Positions 19,018 to 28,812 of a stretch of 64,000 nt of DNA are shown in pieces. Under the pieces are notes generated by a model that was given only the letters and a program-made list of their open reading frames with translations, was not told the origin of the DNA and did not search any database. This stretch comes from Alphaproteobacteria bacterium (GTDB taxonomy: Bacteria; Pseudomonadota; Alphaproteobacteria; GCA-2731375), in contig CBDDPY010000002.1 of NCBI GenBank assembly GCA_965232515.1, positions 7,104,001-7,168,000 of the forward strand, given 5' to 3'. Numbering within the stretch: the stretch's first letter is position 1; each line of letters begins with the position of its first letter. A program made the position numbers and the translations under genes.

Positions 19018-20104
19018 TGAAGCCCACCGCGAGGCCGAGCGACGCCGCCACGCGTGTTTTCACGATCTGCTTCAGCGCAACGACCTGCGTTTTGAGCTTT
19101 TCGGTCTTGGGTCGCTCCACCGGATCCTTGACGGCTTCGGCGAGCGAAAGTTCGATCGACCGCGCATTGGCGATGGTTAGGTCGAAGGCCCTGCGCATCA
19201 GTGGATCGAGCTTTGCATCGCCGCCGTGCGCCTCGATCAGGTCGCTGAAGCCAGTCCCGCCGTCGCCCAGATAGAGCGCCTGCAGGGCCTCGAGGTTGGC
19301 GACGATATTGCGCAGCGCGCGGTTGCTCAATCGGGATTCGGCGGCGCGCGGCCGCGCCGCATCGATCGTCTCGCCGACGACGGGTGTCAGCTTCACGTCG
19401 GCAATCAGCTGCAGGCCGTTGTGAAAATCCCTAAAGAACGCCAGCGTCGCATCCTGATGCGTGCGGAATTGCAGGTTGGTGGGGCCGGGCTTCGTCGCCG
19501 TCCGCAGGAAGGCGTCGTCGCCTTCCTGCCAGTCGGCGACAATACCGTCGGCCATCCGTCGCATGTTGCCGGAGACGGCGATCAGCATCGCGCATCGGCG
19601 GGAAGCACCGTCCCAGGTTTCCGCCGCACCGCCGTAGAGCAGGTATTCAGCCGCCGGCAGGCCCTGGGCCGCGACACTGGCGCGGACAAACCTGTCGGGC
19701 GTCAGTGCCTCGGCATCGTCGGCTGAGAGCAATTCCGCCACGGCGCGGCCGATCCTGCCCCGCGCCTCGGGCCAGAAATAGAAGCGGTAGCCACGCAGGT
19801 ACAGCTCGACCGGTCCAAAGCTCAGATGCTGGATGCGCGTCCAGGCATCCATCGCGTCGTGGTAGCGCTGTCGCGCCGTCTCGAGGCCGGTCGGGTCGGG
19901 ACCGGCGCAGAAGGCCATCGCCGCATCGTCAAATGCACCGGTCGCTTCGGCGAGCAGGCGATATCGCGGCAGCACGTGGTTCTCGATCAGGGCGGCATTG
20001 GCGCGGGCGTAAGCGTTGGGCGGGACGTTGTCCTGACCGAAGCTGGGCGTGAGGCCGGCCATGACGGCCAGACAGACCAGCGGGACGATGCGGCGAAGCG
20101 GCAT
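18998..20104 (-). CDS. Imelysin-family (peptidase M75-like) protein
   Basis: Real start MPLRRIVPLV at 20104. FGPV, FYFWPE, AQGLPAAEYLLY, C-terminal GFNALDGD. Confidence 0.87.
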   Translation of the reverse strand: MPLRRIVPLVCLAVMAGLTPSFGQDNVPPNAYARANAALIENHVLPRYRLLAEATGAFDDAAMAFCAGPDPTGLETARQRYHDAMDAWTRIQHLSFGPVELYLRGYRFYFWPEARGRIGRAVAELLSADDAEALTPDRFVRASVAAQGLPAAEYLLYGGAAETWDGASRRCAMLIAVSGNMRRMADGIVADWQEGDDAFLRTATKPGPTNLQFRTHQDATLAFFRDFHNGLQLIADVKLTPVVGETIDAARPRAAESRLSNRALRNIVANLEALQALYLGDGGTGFSDLIEAHGGDAKLDPLMRRAFDLTIANARSIELSLAEAVKDPVERPKTEKLKTQVVALKQIVKTRVAASLGLAVGFNALDGD

Positions 20105-20127
20105 GGGTGTTGCGATTCGATCCAAGG

Positions 20128-21636
20128 TCAGAGCGAATTCAGGAACGCGAGCAGGGCCTCGCGCTCGGACTTCGACATGTCGACGACCTTCTGCTGCGAT
20201 TCCTCGGCTTCGCCGCCATGCCAGAGGATGGCTTCCAGCAGGTTGCGCGCGCGGCCGTCGTGCAGGAAGAAGGTGTGGCCGCTCACCGTCTCGGTCAGGC
20301 CGATGCCCCAGAGCGGCGGCGTCCGCCACTCCCGCCCCGAGGCCGTGCCTTCCGGCCGGCCGTCCGCCAGGCCCTCGCCCATATCGTGCAGCAGCAGGTT
20401 GGTGTAGGGCCAGATCAACTGGAACGACTGTTCCTTCCCGATCGAGTCCCGGCGCGTCACGAACTTCGGCGTGTGGCAGGCGACGCAACCGGACTCGTAG
20501 AACAGGCGCTTGCCCGTCAGCACCTGCGGGTTGTCGATGTCACGCCGGGCCGGCACGCCCAGATTGCGGCTGTAGAAGACCATGGCGTCGAACATCTCGG
20601 CCGTCGCCTCGACGGTATTCTCATCCGAGGCGCCGCCATGCGGCGCGGCGCGGCAGCTCGCCTGCGTCGGCGTGCAATCGCCATAAGGCGCGGGGTAGAG
20701 CGGCGTCGAGATGCCGACATCGCCCCGGAAGGCGCCCGCCGCCTGCTGGGCCACGGTTGGCTGGCCGGCCTTCCAGCCGAACCGTCCGAGCATCACCTTG
20801 TCGTGCTCGTCGCTCCAGGTCCGGCTGGTACGTCCCGAAATGCCATCGCCGTCGGCATCATCGGGATCGGCGCCGGCGACGATATCGGCTTCGGGAACGG
20901 CCTCCAGCAGGCCCAAGCCGATCATCGGCGGCGCCACGCGTGGCGAGATCATGATGTCGGGATGGGTCGGGCCGTGGTTCAGGTTGGCGAGGCCGTAGGT
21001 TGGCTTGCGCAGCTTGACGACCTTACCATCGGCGAGCGTCACCGCGACCTCCTCGTAGGCGATCGTCATCGCGCCCTCGGCCAGCAGTCCTTGCACCGAG
21101 AAGTTCTGCAACTGACCGCCATAGGTCGGTTCGGGGATGACCGCCTGGCGATAGGTCCGTAACGCCTCCCGGTCGGCGTCGTTCTGTGGCGGGATCGACA
21201 GTCGCAGGAACATCGAGACCGGCGTCTCGCCGGGTGCCGGCGGACGGCCGCGGCCATCCTTCAGATGGCAGCGCTGGCAGGCGCGGGCGTTGTAGTAAGG
21301 GCCGAGGCCGTCCGACGCCTTGGTCGAGCTTGGCGACGACACCCAGACTTTGCGGAAGATGCCGTTGCCGACCTTGAAATCGAGCTCGCGCTCGAACGCC
21401 ATGTTGGCCGACGCATGCGAGAAGGCATTGCGGTTCAGCGCTTCGAATACGGTGGTCGCGCCGCCGGGGCGCCGTTCGAACGGCTCGGGCGCCGAGAAGT
21501 CCGTCGCCGGCCGCGTTACGGCATCGATCCGGGCGCGCTCTCCCGCGCGATCCTCGGCCGAGGCGCCGACCCCGGTGACCAGGAGGGCGGCGACAGAGGC
21601 GGCGAATGCGAGAGGCGGAAACGGGGAACGGGCCAT
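20128..21636 (-). CDS. Di-heme oxidoreductase (DUF1111-like)
   Basis: CQRCH and CVACH heme motifs, DGLGP, EWRTPPLWGIG, LHDGRAR. Confidence 0.9.
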   Translation of the reverse strand: MARSPFPPLAFAASVAALLVTGVGASAEDRAGERARIDAVTRPATDFSAPEPFERRPGGATTVFEALNRNAFSHASANMAFERELDFKVGNGIFRKVWVSSPSSTKASDGLGPYYNARACQRCHLKDGRGRPPAPGETPVSMFLRLSIPPQNDADREALRTYRQAVIPEPTYGGQLQNFSVQGLLAEGAMTIAYEEVAVTLADGKVVKLRKPTYGLANLNHGPTHPDIMISPRVAPPMIGLGLLEAVPEADIVAGADPDDADGDGISGRTSRTWSDEHDKVMLGRFGWKAGQPTVAQQAAGAFRGDVGISTPLYPAPYGDCTPTQASCRAAPHGGASDENTVEATAEMFDAMVFYSRNLGVPARRDIDNPQVLTGKRLFYESGCVACHTPKFVTRRDSIGKEQSFQLIWPYTNLLLHDMGEGLADGRPEGTASGREWRTPPLWGIGLTETVSGHTFFLHDGRARNLLEAILWHGGEAEESQQKVVDMSKSEREALLAFLNSL

Positions 21637-21698
21637 GTCATGCTCTTTTGTAAGGGCGGGGAGCGGTGGCAACAGGCCGCTCCCCGCAAGGCCGGGTT

Positions 21699-22973
21699 CT
21701 ATTCGAACACGGCCTCTGGATTGTCGAGGCTGTCCGAGCCCTCGAACGCGATCGGCTGCAAGCCCAGCTCGGCGACGATCGCCTCGATGGTCTTCGTCTG
21801 GGTCGTCAGCGCATCGATCGCGGCCTGGACCACGGCGTTGCCCTCGGGATTGTCGGCGCCGATCATCTGGTCATAGGCCTCGACGGTCTCGGCGCGCAGC
21901 TTGAGCGCCGCCATGGTCGCCTCGGAGTCCCGAAGCCGGGAGAGCATGTCCGCATTCAACGCAGGCGATGCCTTGGCGACAAGATGCGCCAGCGACATGC
22001 CGACCACCTTGCGGTCGTCGATACGCGTATAGCTGCCGGTATAGACATTCAACATGCCGACGACGTCGAAGTAATGGCTGTTGTGGGTGTTGTCGGCAAA
22101 GCAGTCATGCTCTTCTTCGGGATCGTGCAGCAGGAGGCCGAGTTTCATGCGCTCGCCGGCCAGCTCGCCGTACGACAGGCTGCCAAGACCGGTCAGGATC
22201 ACGGCGATGCCCTTGTCCGGATCGCCGGTAACCAGTTCCTGCCGGGCCGGTCCGTCCGGCACCCATTGCGCCGTCATCCAAGCGAGATCGTCGACCAGCA
22301 GATCCGTGACCGTGCTCAGATACTCGGCGCGCCGGTCGCAGTTGCCGTTCGTGCAGTCGCCCCCCTTGGCATAGTCGGTCCAGGGGCGTGTGCCCGCTCC
22401 GGGGTCGGTGCCGTTCAGGTCTTGGCCCCAGAGCAGGAACTCGACGGCGTGATAGCCGGTCGCGACGTTGGCTTCGACCTCGCCGAACTCGTGCAGTTCT
22501 TCCTGCAGCAGTGACTTGGTGATCCGCTTGGCGTCGATCACCTTGCCGCCCAGCTTCAGCGAGGCGTTGGCGATGACGTTGGCGGCGTAGACCGGGTTTT
22601 CCTCCGATGTCGTGCCATAGGACTTGGCGACATAGTCGATCAGGCCTTCGTCCAGCGGCCAGGCGTTGACCTTGCCTTCCCAGTCATCGACCACCGCGTT
22701 GCCGAAGCGGTAGACCTCCGTCTGCATGTACGGCACGCGCGAGGCCAGCCAGGCGTTGCGCGCCGCCGCCATGCTCACGGCCGACGGCGTGACGATCAGC
22801 GTTTTGATGGCGGTTTGCAGATCACGGGCCAGGACCAGGGAGTCTTCGTAGCCGGCATGGGCGATGTCCGCATAGGTCTCGAGAACGGCCCGTTTGTCGG
22901 CCGCGGCCTGCGCCGCGGCGGTAGCCGCGAACAGCACGCCGGCCGCCGCGAGTGAGGAAATCCCGGATCTCAT
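21699..22973 (-). CDS. Imelysin / iron-regulated protein A-like
   Basis: VNAWPLDEGLIDYV, ATGYHAVEFLLWGQD, EEEHDCFADNTH. Confidence 0.9.
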   Translation of the reverse strand: MRSGISSLAAAGVLFAATAAAQAAADKRAVLETYADIAHAGYEDSLVLARDLQTAIKTLIVTPSAVSMAAARNAWLASRVPYMQTEVYRFGNAVVDDWEGKVNAWPLDEGLIDYVAKSYGTTSEENPVYAANVIANASLKLGGKVIDAKRITKSLLQEELHEFGEVEANVATGYHAVEFLLWGQDLNGTDPGAGTRPWTDYAKGGDCTNGNCDRRAEYLSTVTDLLVDDLAWMTAQWVPDGPARQELVTGDPDKGIAVILTGLGSLSYGELAGERMKLGLLLHDPEEEHDCFADNTHNSHYFDVVGMLNVYTGSYTRIDDRKVVGMSLAHLVAKASPALNADMLSRLRDSEATMAALKLRAETVEAYDQMIGADNPEGNAVVQAAIDALTTQTKTIEAIVAELGLQPIAFEGSDSLDNPEAVFE

Positions 22974-23032
22974 GTGTTTGCTCCTTTCGTCCAGGTCTGT
23001 TCGTCTGGTTGGGTCCATCCTCGTCTCTCGGC

Positions 23033-24220
23033 TCAGCGCAAGAAGAACTGCACGGGTACGACCAGCTCGAGCCGCGGCTCGCCCATCGTTTCGGGTAGTT
23101 TCGGCAGCGGCTGCGCACGTTCGATCATGGCGATCACTTCGCGGTCCAGCAGGTCGTGGCCGGAGCTCTGCTCCAACCGGTGCTGCAGGACCTGACCGTC
23201 CCGGTCCATCACGAAGTACAGCAGCGCCGTGCCTTGCTGACGGCGCATGCGGGCGCGGCGTGGATATTCCTTATGCTTCTCGAGCCAGGCCTGAAGCTGC
23301 GCCATGAAGTCCGCCGTGTGGCCCGGCATGCCGCCGCCGGTCGTATCGTTGGCGCTGCCGGCGTTCGGGCTTGCCTTGGTTCCGGCCTTGCCGCCGGCGC
23401 CGGGCGCCGACGGGGCAGTCGCCGCGACCTGCGCCGCGGGCGCATCGACGGCCCGTACGGTCTCGGGCTCGGGCGTTTCGGGCGCCGGGGCAGGGGTCGG
23501 TTCCGCGCGCGGCGGCTCCGGCGGTCGCGGCTTCGATTGCGGCGCCGGCGGCGTCTCGACGATTTCGGCGACAAGTTCCTGCTTGGGCGCGGCTTCGGTT
23601 GCCGGCGTCGGCTTTGGCATCGGTGCGTCCTCGACCGGCAGCGGCCGACCGGCCGCTTCGACCACGTCGTCGACAGCGGTGACCTCGGTCGCGGCGACGG
23701 CGGCCGTCTCGACCGGCGGCGCGGTCTCCGGCTGAAAGGCGATCTCGGCCAGTTCGACCGGCACATCGGTGACCGGGATCTCCGCGGCCGCGACAGGGAC
23801 CGCCCGTACCGTCTCGATGGGTTCGATCTCGACGGGCGTCTCGGCGGGCGGCGTCGCCGCGGTCTCGGTCGAATCGACCGGTTCCGCGTCCGTGGGGGCG
23901 CGAGGCGATACCGCTGTCGCCGTCTCAACGACATCGACCGCGTCGGGCTCCGCGGCGGGCGGTGTCTCCTCGGGCGGCGGCGCATCGGGCGACTGCCGCG
24001 GTGCGAGCGTCTCCGTCTCTGTCTCCGGCGTATCGGCGGCTGTCGCGGCGACGCTGCCGGGTGCGCCGCCGGCCGGTCCGAGCGAAATCTCGATACCGCC
24101 GATACCGGCGCTGACCGCGCCCGACTCCGCCGGCTGCCACAGAATGGCGACGGCGGCGCCGGCATGCACCAGCAAGGCGCCCGATAGCGCCAGCATCCAG
24201 TGTGCGCGGCCGATCCGCAT
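23033..24220 (-). CDS. tonB: TonB-family energy transducer with a long Pro/Ala/Glu linker
   Basis: TM anchor SGALLVHAG, C-terminal EYPRRARMRRQQG...SSGHDLLD...VPVQF. Confidence 0.88.
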   Translation of the reverse strand: MRIGRAHWMLALSGALLVHAGAAVAILWQPAESGAVSAGIGGIEISLGPAGGAPGSVAATAADTPETETETLAPRQSPDAPPPEETPPAAEPDAVDVVETATAVSPRAPTDAEPVDSTETAATPPAETPVEIEPIETVRAVPVAAAEIPVTDVPVELAEIAFQPETAPPVETAAVAATEVTAVDDVVEAAGRPLPVEDAPMPKPTPATEAAPKQELVAEIVETPPAPQSKPRPPEPPRAEPTPAPAPETPEPETVRAVDAPAAQVAATAPSAPGAGGKAGTKASPNAGSANDTTGGGMPGHTADFMAQLQAWLEKHKEYPRRARMRRQQGTALLYFVMDRDGQVLQHRLEQSSGHDLLDREVIAMIERAQPLPKLPETMGEPRLELVVPVQFFLR

Positions 24221-24624
24221 CAACCGTCTCCAGGCACGGTCAGAAGTTTGAGCTTCTCGACACCGGCTTCGCGCAACAGCTCCATCACGGCAACGACTCG
24301 CGTCGCCTCGACACGGCCGTCCGCCTTCAGATGCAGTTTCGTGGCTTTGGCGTCCGACAGACGGTCGGCGACGGCCGATGTCAGCGCGGTCTCGTCCATG
24401 ATCGCGCCATCGAGCGCCAGCCGTCCGTCGGCGCCGACCAGGACGACCACATCCTGGGCCGCCGAGGGCCCCTCGCTCGCCGAGCGCGGCGGCGCGATTT
24501 GGAATGGATCCGAAGCTGCGAGTCGGCCCGCCAGCATGAAGAAGATCAACAGCAAAAACACCACGTTGACGAGCGGCAGAATCCGCTCATCGTCGTTCTT
24601 TGGGCGAGGCGGCGCGAAACGCAT
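24220..24624 (-). CDS. exbD: ExbD/TolR biopolymer transport protein
   Basis: ILPLVNVVFLLLIFFML, LKADG. Confidence 0.88.
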   Translation of the reverse strand: MRFAPPRPKNDDERILPLVNVVFLLLIFFMLAGRLAASDPFQIAPPRSASEGPSAAQDVVVLVGADGRLALDGAIMDETALTSAVADRLSDAKATKLHLKADGRVEATRVVAVMELLREAGVEKLKLLTVPGDG

Positions 24625-24634
24625 CGGCGCTGCC

Positions 24635-25075
24635 CTATCTGCGCGGATCGCGAATAAGAGAGAGATCGGCGACGCCGGCCGCGGCGAGCCGGTCGAGCAC
24701 CTGCACGGCATCTTGCAGCACGACGCCGGCGGCCGGCTTGATCAGCACGCGCTGGTCCGGCTTTTGCGCCATGCGGGCAGCGACGCGGGCCGCCAGCGTA
24801 TCGAGCGAGACCGTTTCGCCGGCGAGCCGCAGCCCGTCGGTGCGGACCTCGATCAACAGGGCGCCCGTCATCGCGCCCCGCGCCTTGGCATCTGCCGGCG
24901 CGTTGAGGTCGATGGCCCGCCAATCGAGGAAGCTCGAGGCCAGCATGAAGAAGACAAGCAGGATGAACACCACGTCGATCAGCGGCGTCAGACTGATCAG
25001 CGCACGTCGACCGGCCCGTTTCGGGCGCCGGCTAATCGCCAGGTGCGGCGGCTGGCTGAAGACCGGCGTGCGCAC
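24635..25075 (-). CDS. exbD: ExbD/TolR biopolymer transport protein
   Basis: SLTPLIDVVFILLVFFML. Confidence 0.9.
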   Translation of the reverse strand: MRTPVFSQPPHLAISRRPKRAGRRALISLTPLIDVVFILLVFFMLASSFLDWRAIDLNAPADAKARGAMTGALLIEVRTDGLRLAGETVSLDTLAARVAARMAQKPDQRVLIKPAAGVVLQDAVQVLDRLAAAGVADLSLIRDPRR

Positions 25076-25790
25076 GGTTTTCGTCTTCCTCGATGGCCGC
25101 GTCAGCGGCGACGGACAGGTCCTCGGTGAAAACCTGAGTCACGACGTTGTCCATTTCGTGGGCCAGACGGTCGACCTTGCGCTCCAGCCAGTTCAGCACC
25201 ACAACCACGGGTATGGCGACCGCGAGGCCGACGGCGGTTGTCAGCAACGCTTCCCAGATGCCGCCCGACAGGATCGCCGGATTGACCTGGTTGCCGGCGG
25301 CTTCGAGTTGGCGGAAGGCCTCGATCATGCCCAGCACCGTGCCGAACAGGCCCATCAGCGGTGCAAGCGAGGCGATGACCTCCAGCGGCCGGAACCAGCC
25401 GCGCAGCACCTCGAGCACGTCTCCGCCGTAACGCAGCACTTCCTCACGGATCTTCGGTTCGGCGACGCGGCGATGCTGGCCGCGAAGCGCTCGCGCCAGC
25501 GTCTGTGCGACAGGATTGGGCGATTTCTCGGCCAGCGTCATCGCCTCGGCCGGCCGACCCGCCCGATAGTGGCGCAGCGCCTCGCGGGCCACCCGGCTGT
25601 CGCCGATCCGAACGGCGCGGAACTGCCAGAGCTTCAGGAAGACGATCGCTGTCGCCACCACCGACGTGGCGAGCAGGATCAGGACCACCGGGCCGCCGGC
25701 CTGCAGCAACTCTAGCGCGCGCTCCAACATACTCAACTCTGCGCCAGGGCCGGCGATCTGGCCGTCCGCCGACTGCAATTCCTCGTTCAT
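25032..25790 (-). CDS. exbB: ExbB/MotA/TolQ proton channel
   Basis: APLMGLFGTVLGMI, GGIWEALLTTAVGLAVAIP. Confidence 0.92.
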   Translation of the reverse strand: MNEELQSADGQIAGPGAELSMLERALELLQAGGPVVLILLATSVVATAIVFLKLWQFRAVRIGDSRVAREALRHYRAGRPAEAMTLAEKSPNPVAQTLARALRGQHRRVAEPKIREEVLRYGGDVLEVLRGWFRPLEVIASLAPLMGLFGTVLGMIEAFRQLEAAGNQVNPAILSGGIWEALLTTAVGLAVAIPVVVVLNWLERKVDRLAHEMDNVVTQVFTEDLSVAADAAIEEDENRAHAGLQPAAAPGD

Positions 25791-25867
25791 CTATGTTCGA
25801 CCCCCGACATGTTGACGGCCGGCGCAAACCGCTGCCCGCGAACCAGTAACCGATAGCTTTCTGCAAT

Positions 25868-25884
25868 TGCGAGGCATTTTCAAC
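25868..25884 (-). promoter_or_regulatory. Fur-like box upstream of exbB
   Basis: Minus strand GTTGAAAATGCCTCGCA, 12/17 identical to the 26529 box. Confidence 0.55.
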
Positions 25885-26528
25885 ACGAATTGACCTTGCT
25901 TGCAAGCGCGATTGTCCCGGCATTCTCGGGCATGTCGGTTGTGTCCACTGGGCTTGGCGAACGCCACTATCCCAACCGTCCCGATGCCAGTTAGGCGGCC
26001 GTATTCGTTGGCTTTTTTTGGCCGGCTTTCACGCCTGCCGACGAGGCCGTCCCTGTCCGGTATCTCGCTCACGACGACGGGGATTTTGCCGGATTTTCCG
26101 TGACACGCCCCCGGGGTGACAATAAGCCGCACGCCTCCGGTCGAGCGGGTCGGCGCCGCCCGAGACCGCGATCTGCCGAAAACGGCCCTGGCGTCGGGCG
26201 GTACCGCGAATTTCGCGCCCTCGTCGCGCGATGCCTGCGCTTGCCATCGACGCGCGTTTGAAAGGAGGGGGCGATCTCTCCGGCCGGATTGACGCAGCTG
26301 GCGCCCATAGGCCAAACACCGGCTTCGCCGGCGAACATGCCGACCGGCCCGGGCGCACTGTCGACGGAGCAGGCGGCCGAAGTTTTCCCGTGTCAGCTCG
26401 CCGGCGGTGTCGGCGCGGGCCAGGTGGCACCGCGGCGCCCGCCCGTGCTCAAGGCATGGCGTCCCGGCACCGTCCCGGCCCGCCGGCTGTCCAGCATGTC
26501 TCCGATCGGCTCAATGCTCGTTGATGTA

Positions 26529-26545
26529 AATGAAAATCATTCGCA
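26529..26545. promoter_or_regulatory. Fur-like box with no adjacent gene start
   Basis: AATGAAAATCATTCGCA, 15/17 identical to the bfd box. Confidence 0.65.
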
Positions 26546-26582
26546 ATACGAGAATACGAACGCCCCCATCCTGTCCCCGGAG

Positions 26583-27002
26583 CTATTTGATGAACGGCAC
26601 CGCCCCGCGCTGCGACGCCGACAGCAGATCGAGGCAATCGTCGCGCGCGCCGTCCGCGTCCGTGCAGTCCATGACGTTGTTCAACAACAACCGGCCGACC
26701 CGTTCGCAGGGCAGGCCGGCCATGTCGAACACCTTCAGGCTGGTCTTGCCGGCGGCAAGCGGCGCCGTCTGCACGGCCAGACGCTTGGCCACTATCCCTT
26801 CGGTGTCAAACATGACGAGGTCGAGCTTGAGCGCCTCGAAGCTCCGCGCCGTGCCGTTCTCGAGCACCAGGTAGGCCCTGCAGGCGCCGCCATTCGGCTC
26901 GAGCTTATTGAGTTCGACGCTGACCTCGGTCTCGGCGGCCTGTGCCGCCGCCGTCAGCAATGCAATCGCAATGGTCCAAAACGCGCCCCGAAGCATCTTC
27001 AA
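26583..27002 (-). CDS. Secreted Cys-containing hypothetical protein next to the TonB cluster
   Basis: Signal peptide, VELNKLEP..ACRAYLV..DLVMFD, four Cys. Confidence 0.75.
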   Translation of the reverse strand: MKMLRGAFWTIAIALLTAAAQAAETEVSVELNKLEPNGGACRAYLVLENGTARSFEALKLDLVMFDTEGIVAKRLAVQTAPLAAGKTSLKVFDMAGLPCERVGRLLLNNVMDCTDADGARDDCLDLLSASQRGAVPFIK

Positions 27003-27447
27003 ACGCCCCTCCTGTTTGGCAACGGCTCCACAACAACATGCCGCGACGCCGCCTCCCTCGGCAACACGGCGACGCTACTCTAAGCCGCCAAAGCCTGGCT
27101 TGGGAACGGTACGTAGGCGCAAAGCATGTTTCCGGGATGAGTTCTGTCAGCCATCAACCGATCATCGGACGGCGACCGTCCATCGATCCAAGACCGGCCA
27201 TGGGAAACCGCCGGCAACGTATGTCCAATTCGACGCCTGCGGCGAGCCTGCGAGACCAGGAGGTCGGGCGTGACGGCGCTTCAAACGAGCGATAGCGCGC
27301 GAGCGCAACTTGCCTGCTGCATAGACGGTCTCGCCGCTCAATGACCGTTCGAGGAAGCCGTCATGCAAACCGGTGGGGGTGGGGCAAAGATCGTTCCTGG
27401 CGAAACACGCGAAAACGCCGCTGCGCCTGTCGCGCAACCGCTTCCGC

Positions 27448-28086
27448 CTACCCGCGCTCGTCCTTCTTCTTTTCGACTTCGGCGTAAAATCGCCGCGCGA
27501 TTTCGGTCAGTCCTTGCACGGAAAAGATGCCCGGCGTCGTCCATTTAGGTTCGTCGCCCGCAAACAAGTCCAGGAAGGCGATTGCCAGAGACGGGTCTTC
27601 CTCGACATTCTCCTTGAAGCTCCACCAGGTACGAAGATCGTCAAGGTCGGCCGACAACAGTTGCTTCGCCCGGAAATCTTTCTCGAGCACAAGGCCGCGG
27701 ACATTGAGGCAGAAAGCCACGTAGAGGTAGCCCTCCGGCCAAAAGTAGGCTGGATTCGTCTCGTCGGCCGCGTCCGGTATGGATTCAACCGACAGCGGCT
27801 GAATCGTCACCAGCGTCCGCAGCATCAGGCCGGCGGCAAATCCCACATAGGCCGGGCGATCATAGGGATCGTCGGGTTTCTGGGCATTGAAGTCCTTGAG
27901 CCATGCCACGAATACTTCGGAGAGTCTGGAATAGTCGATCAGAAAACGAACGCCGGTTTCCTCGGAGGTGCGTTTCACCTGTTCCTCAAAGGCACCGACA
28001 AACCAGCGCAACCGCTGCGCCGATTTTCGGACGGGTTGCTCCGCGTTAACGATCCTGGACGTGCGGCTATGGCTCTCGTCGGTCAA
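27448..28086 (-). CDS. Hypothetical protein
   Basis: Protein-like composition (PAYFWPEGYLYVAFCLNVR). Start overlaps the upstream stop by 4 bp. Confidence 0.75.
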   Translation of the reverse strand: MTDESHSRTSRIVNAEQPVRKSAQRLRWFVGAFEEQVKRTSEETGVRFLIDYSRLSEVFVAWLKDFNAQKPDDPYDRPAYVGFAAGLMLRTLVTIQPLSVESIPDAADETNPAYFWPEGYLYVAFCLNVRGLVLEKDFRAKQLLSADLDDLRTWWSFKENVEEDPSLAIAFLDLFAGDEPKWTTPGIFSVQGLTEIARRFYAEVEKKKDERG

Positions 28087-28811
28087 AGGTAGTCCGCCAG
28101 GCGCTGCAACTCGTCCGCAAGCGCGGCCGCGTCATCAAGCCGCTGCAGAACTTCCCCTTGCAAGGTATGGACAAGAGTCGTCGCCAATTGCAGCAAACGC
28201 TCTTCCTCGTCAGCGCTGTGCGCACGTTCGGCGAGGAGCCATACGAAAATGCCGACGAGATCCAGATCGGCCTGGTTCTGATCCTCGACGCTTCGGGAGA
28301 TTGGCGTGCCGGGCACATTGCCAACGGCATGTCTTTTGCGAAGCTGGGCGAGCACCTCCGCCGCCCGGCGGTGACTGCCCGATCCGGCGGACGCATCGTC
28401 GATCGAGTTGATGACCATCGCCGCCACCGTCGCGCTCAGATGAACGGGCGACGGCGAATTCATGGCGCGCGATCTGGCCCATGCGCCGATCAGGACGCGT
28501 CGGAAGGCGCGAGAATACGTCTTGTCCGTGCCGCTGCCATCGATGAAACCCACGGCCCGCTCGATATCGTCGCGATCGAGCGGCTGGTGCAGCTCGGCCT
28601 GTCCTGCGGTCTCGACCGCCTTCAGGGTCGCGGCAAAAAGCGACCGAACGGGTTCGGGAATCAGCGGGGCAGCGGGCTTGAGCAATTCCTCAGTCACCTC
28701 GGCCGCGGTGGAAACGCCGCGCAAGATATCCCGTATCGGCGGGCGCAGTGACCTGGGCAGACGTGCGAACGGTCGGTTCATGGACTGATTTTTCAAGCGT
28801 CGTGCCAACAT
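28083..28811 (-). CDS. Hypothetical helical protein
   Basis: Tightly packed in the operon after the kinase. Alternative start at 28781. Confidence 0.65.
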   Translation of the reverse strand: MLARRLKNQSMNRPFARLPRSLRPPIRDILRGVSTAAEVTEELLKPAAPLIPEPVRSLFAATLKAVETAGQAELHQPLDRDDIERAVGFIDGSGTDKTYSRAFRRVLIGAWARSRAMNSPSPVHLSATVAAMVINSIDDASAGSGSHRRAAEVLAQLRKRHAVGNVPGTPISRSVEDQNQADLDLVGIFVWLLAERAHSADEEERLLQLATTLVHTLQGEVLQRLDDAAALADELQRLADYL

Positions 28812-28812
28812 A

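Noticed and set aside
26393-26497. 34-aa minus-strand ORF (MLDSRRAG...) below the orphan Fur-like box
   Set aside because: The RBS is only 2 nt from the ATG, the composition is unconvincing and there is no HemP-like motif.
28792-28807. Minus-strand TGGCACGACGCTTGAA resembling a sigma-54 promoter
   Set aside because: The -12 element reads GA rather than GC, and it sits inside a tightly packed operon junction.
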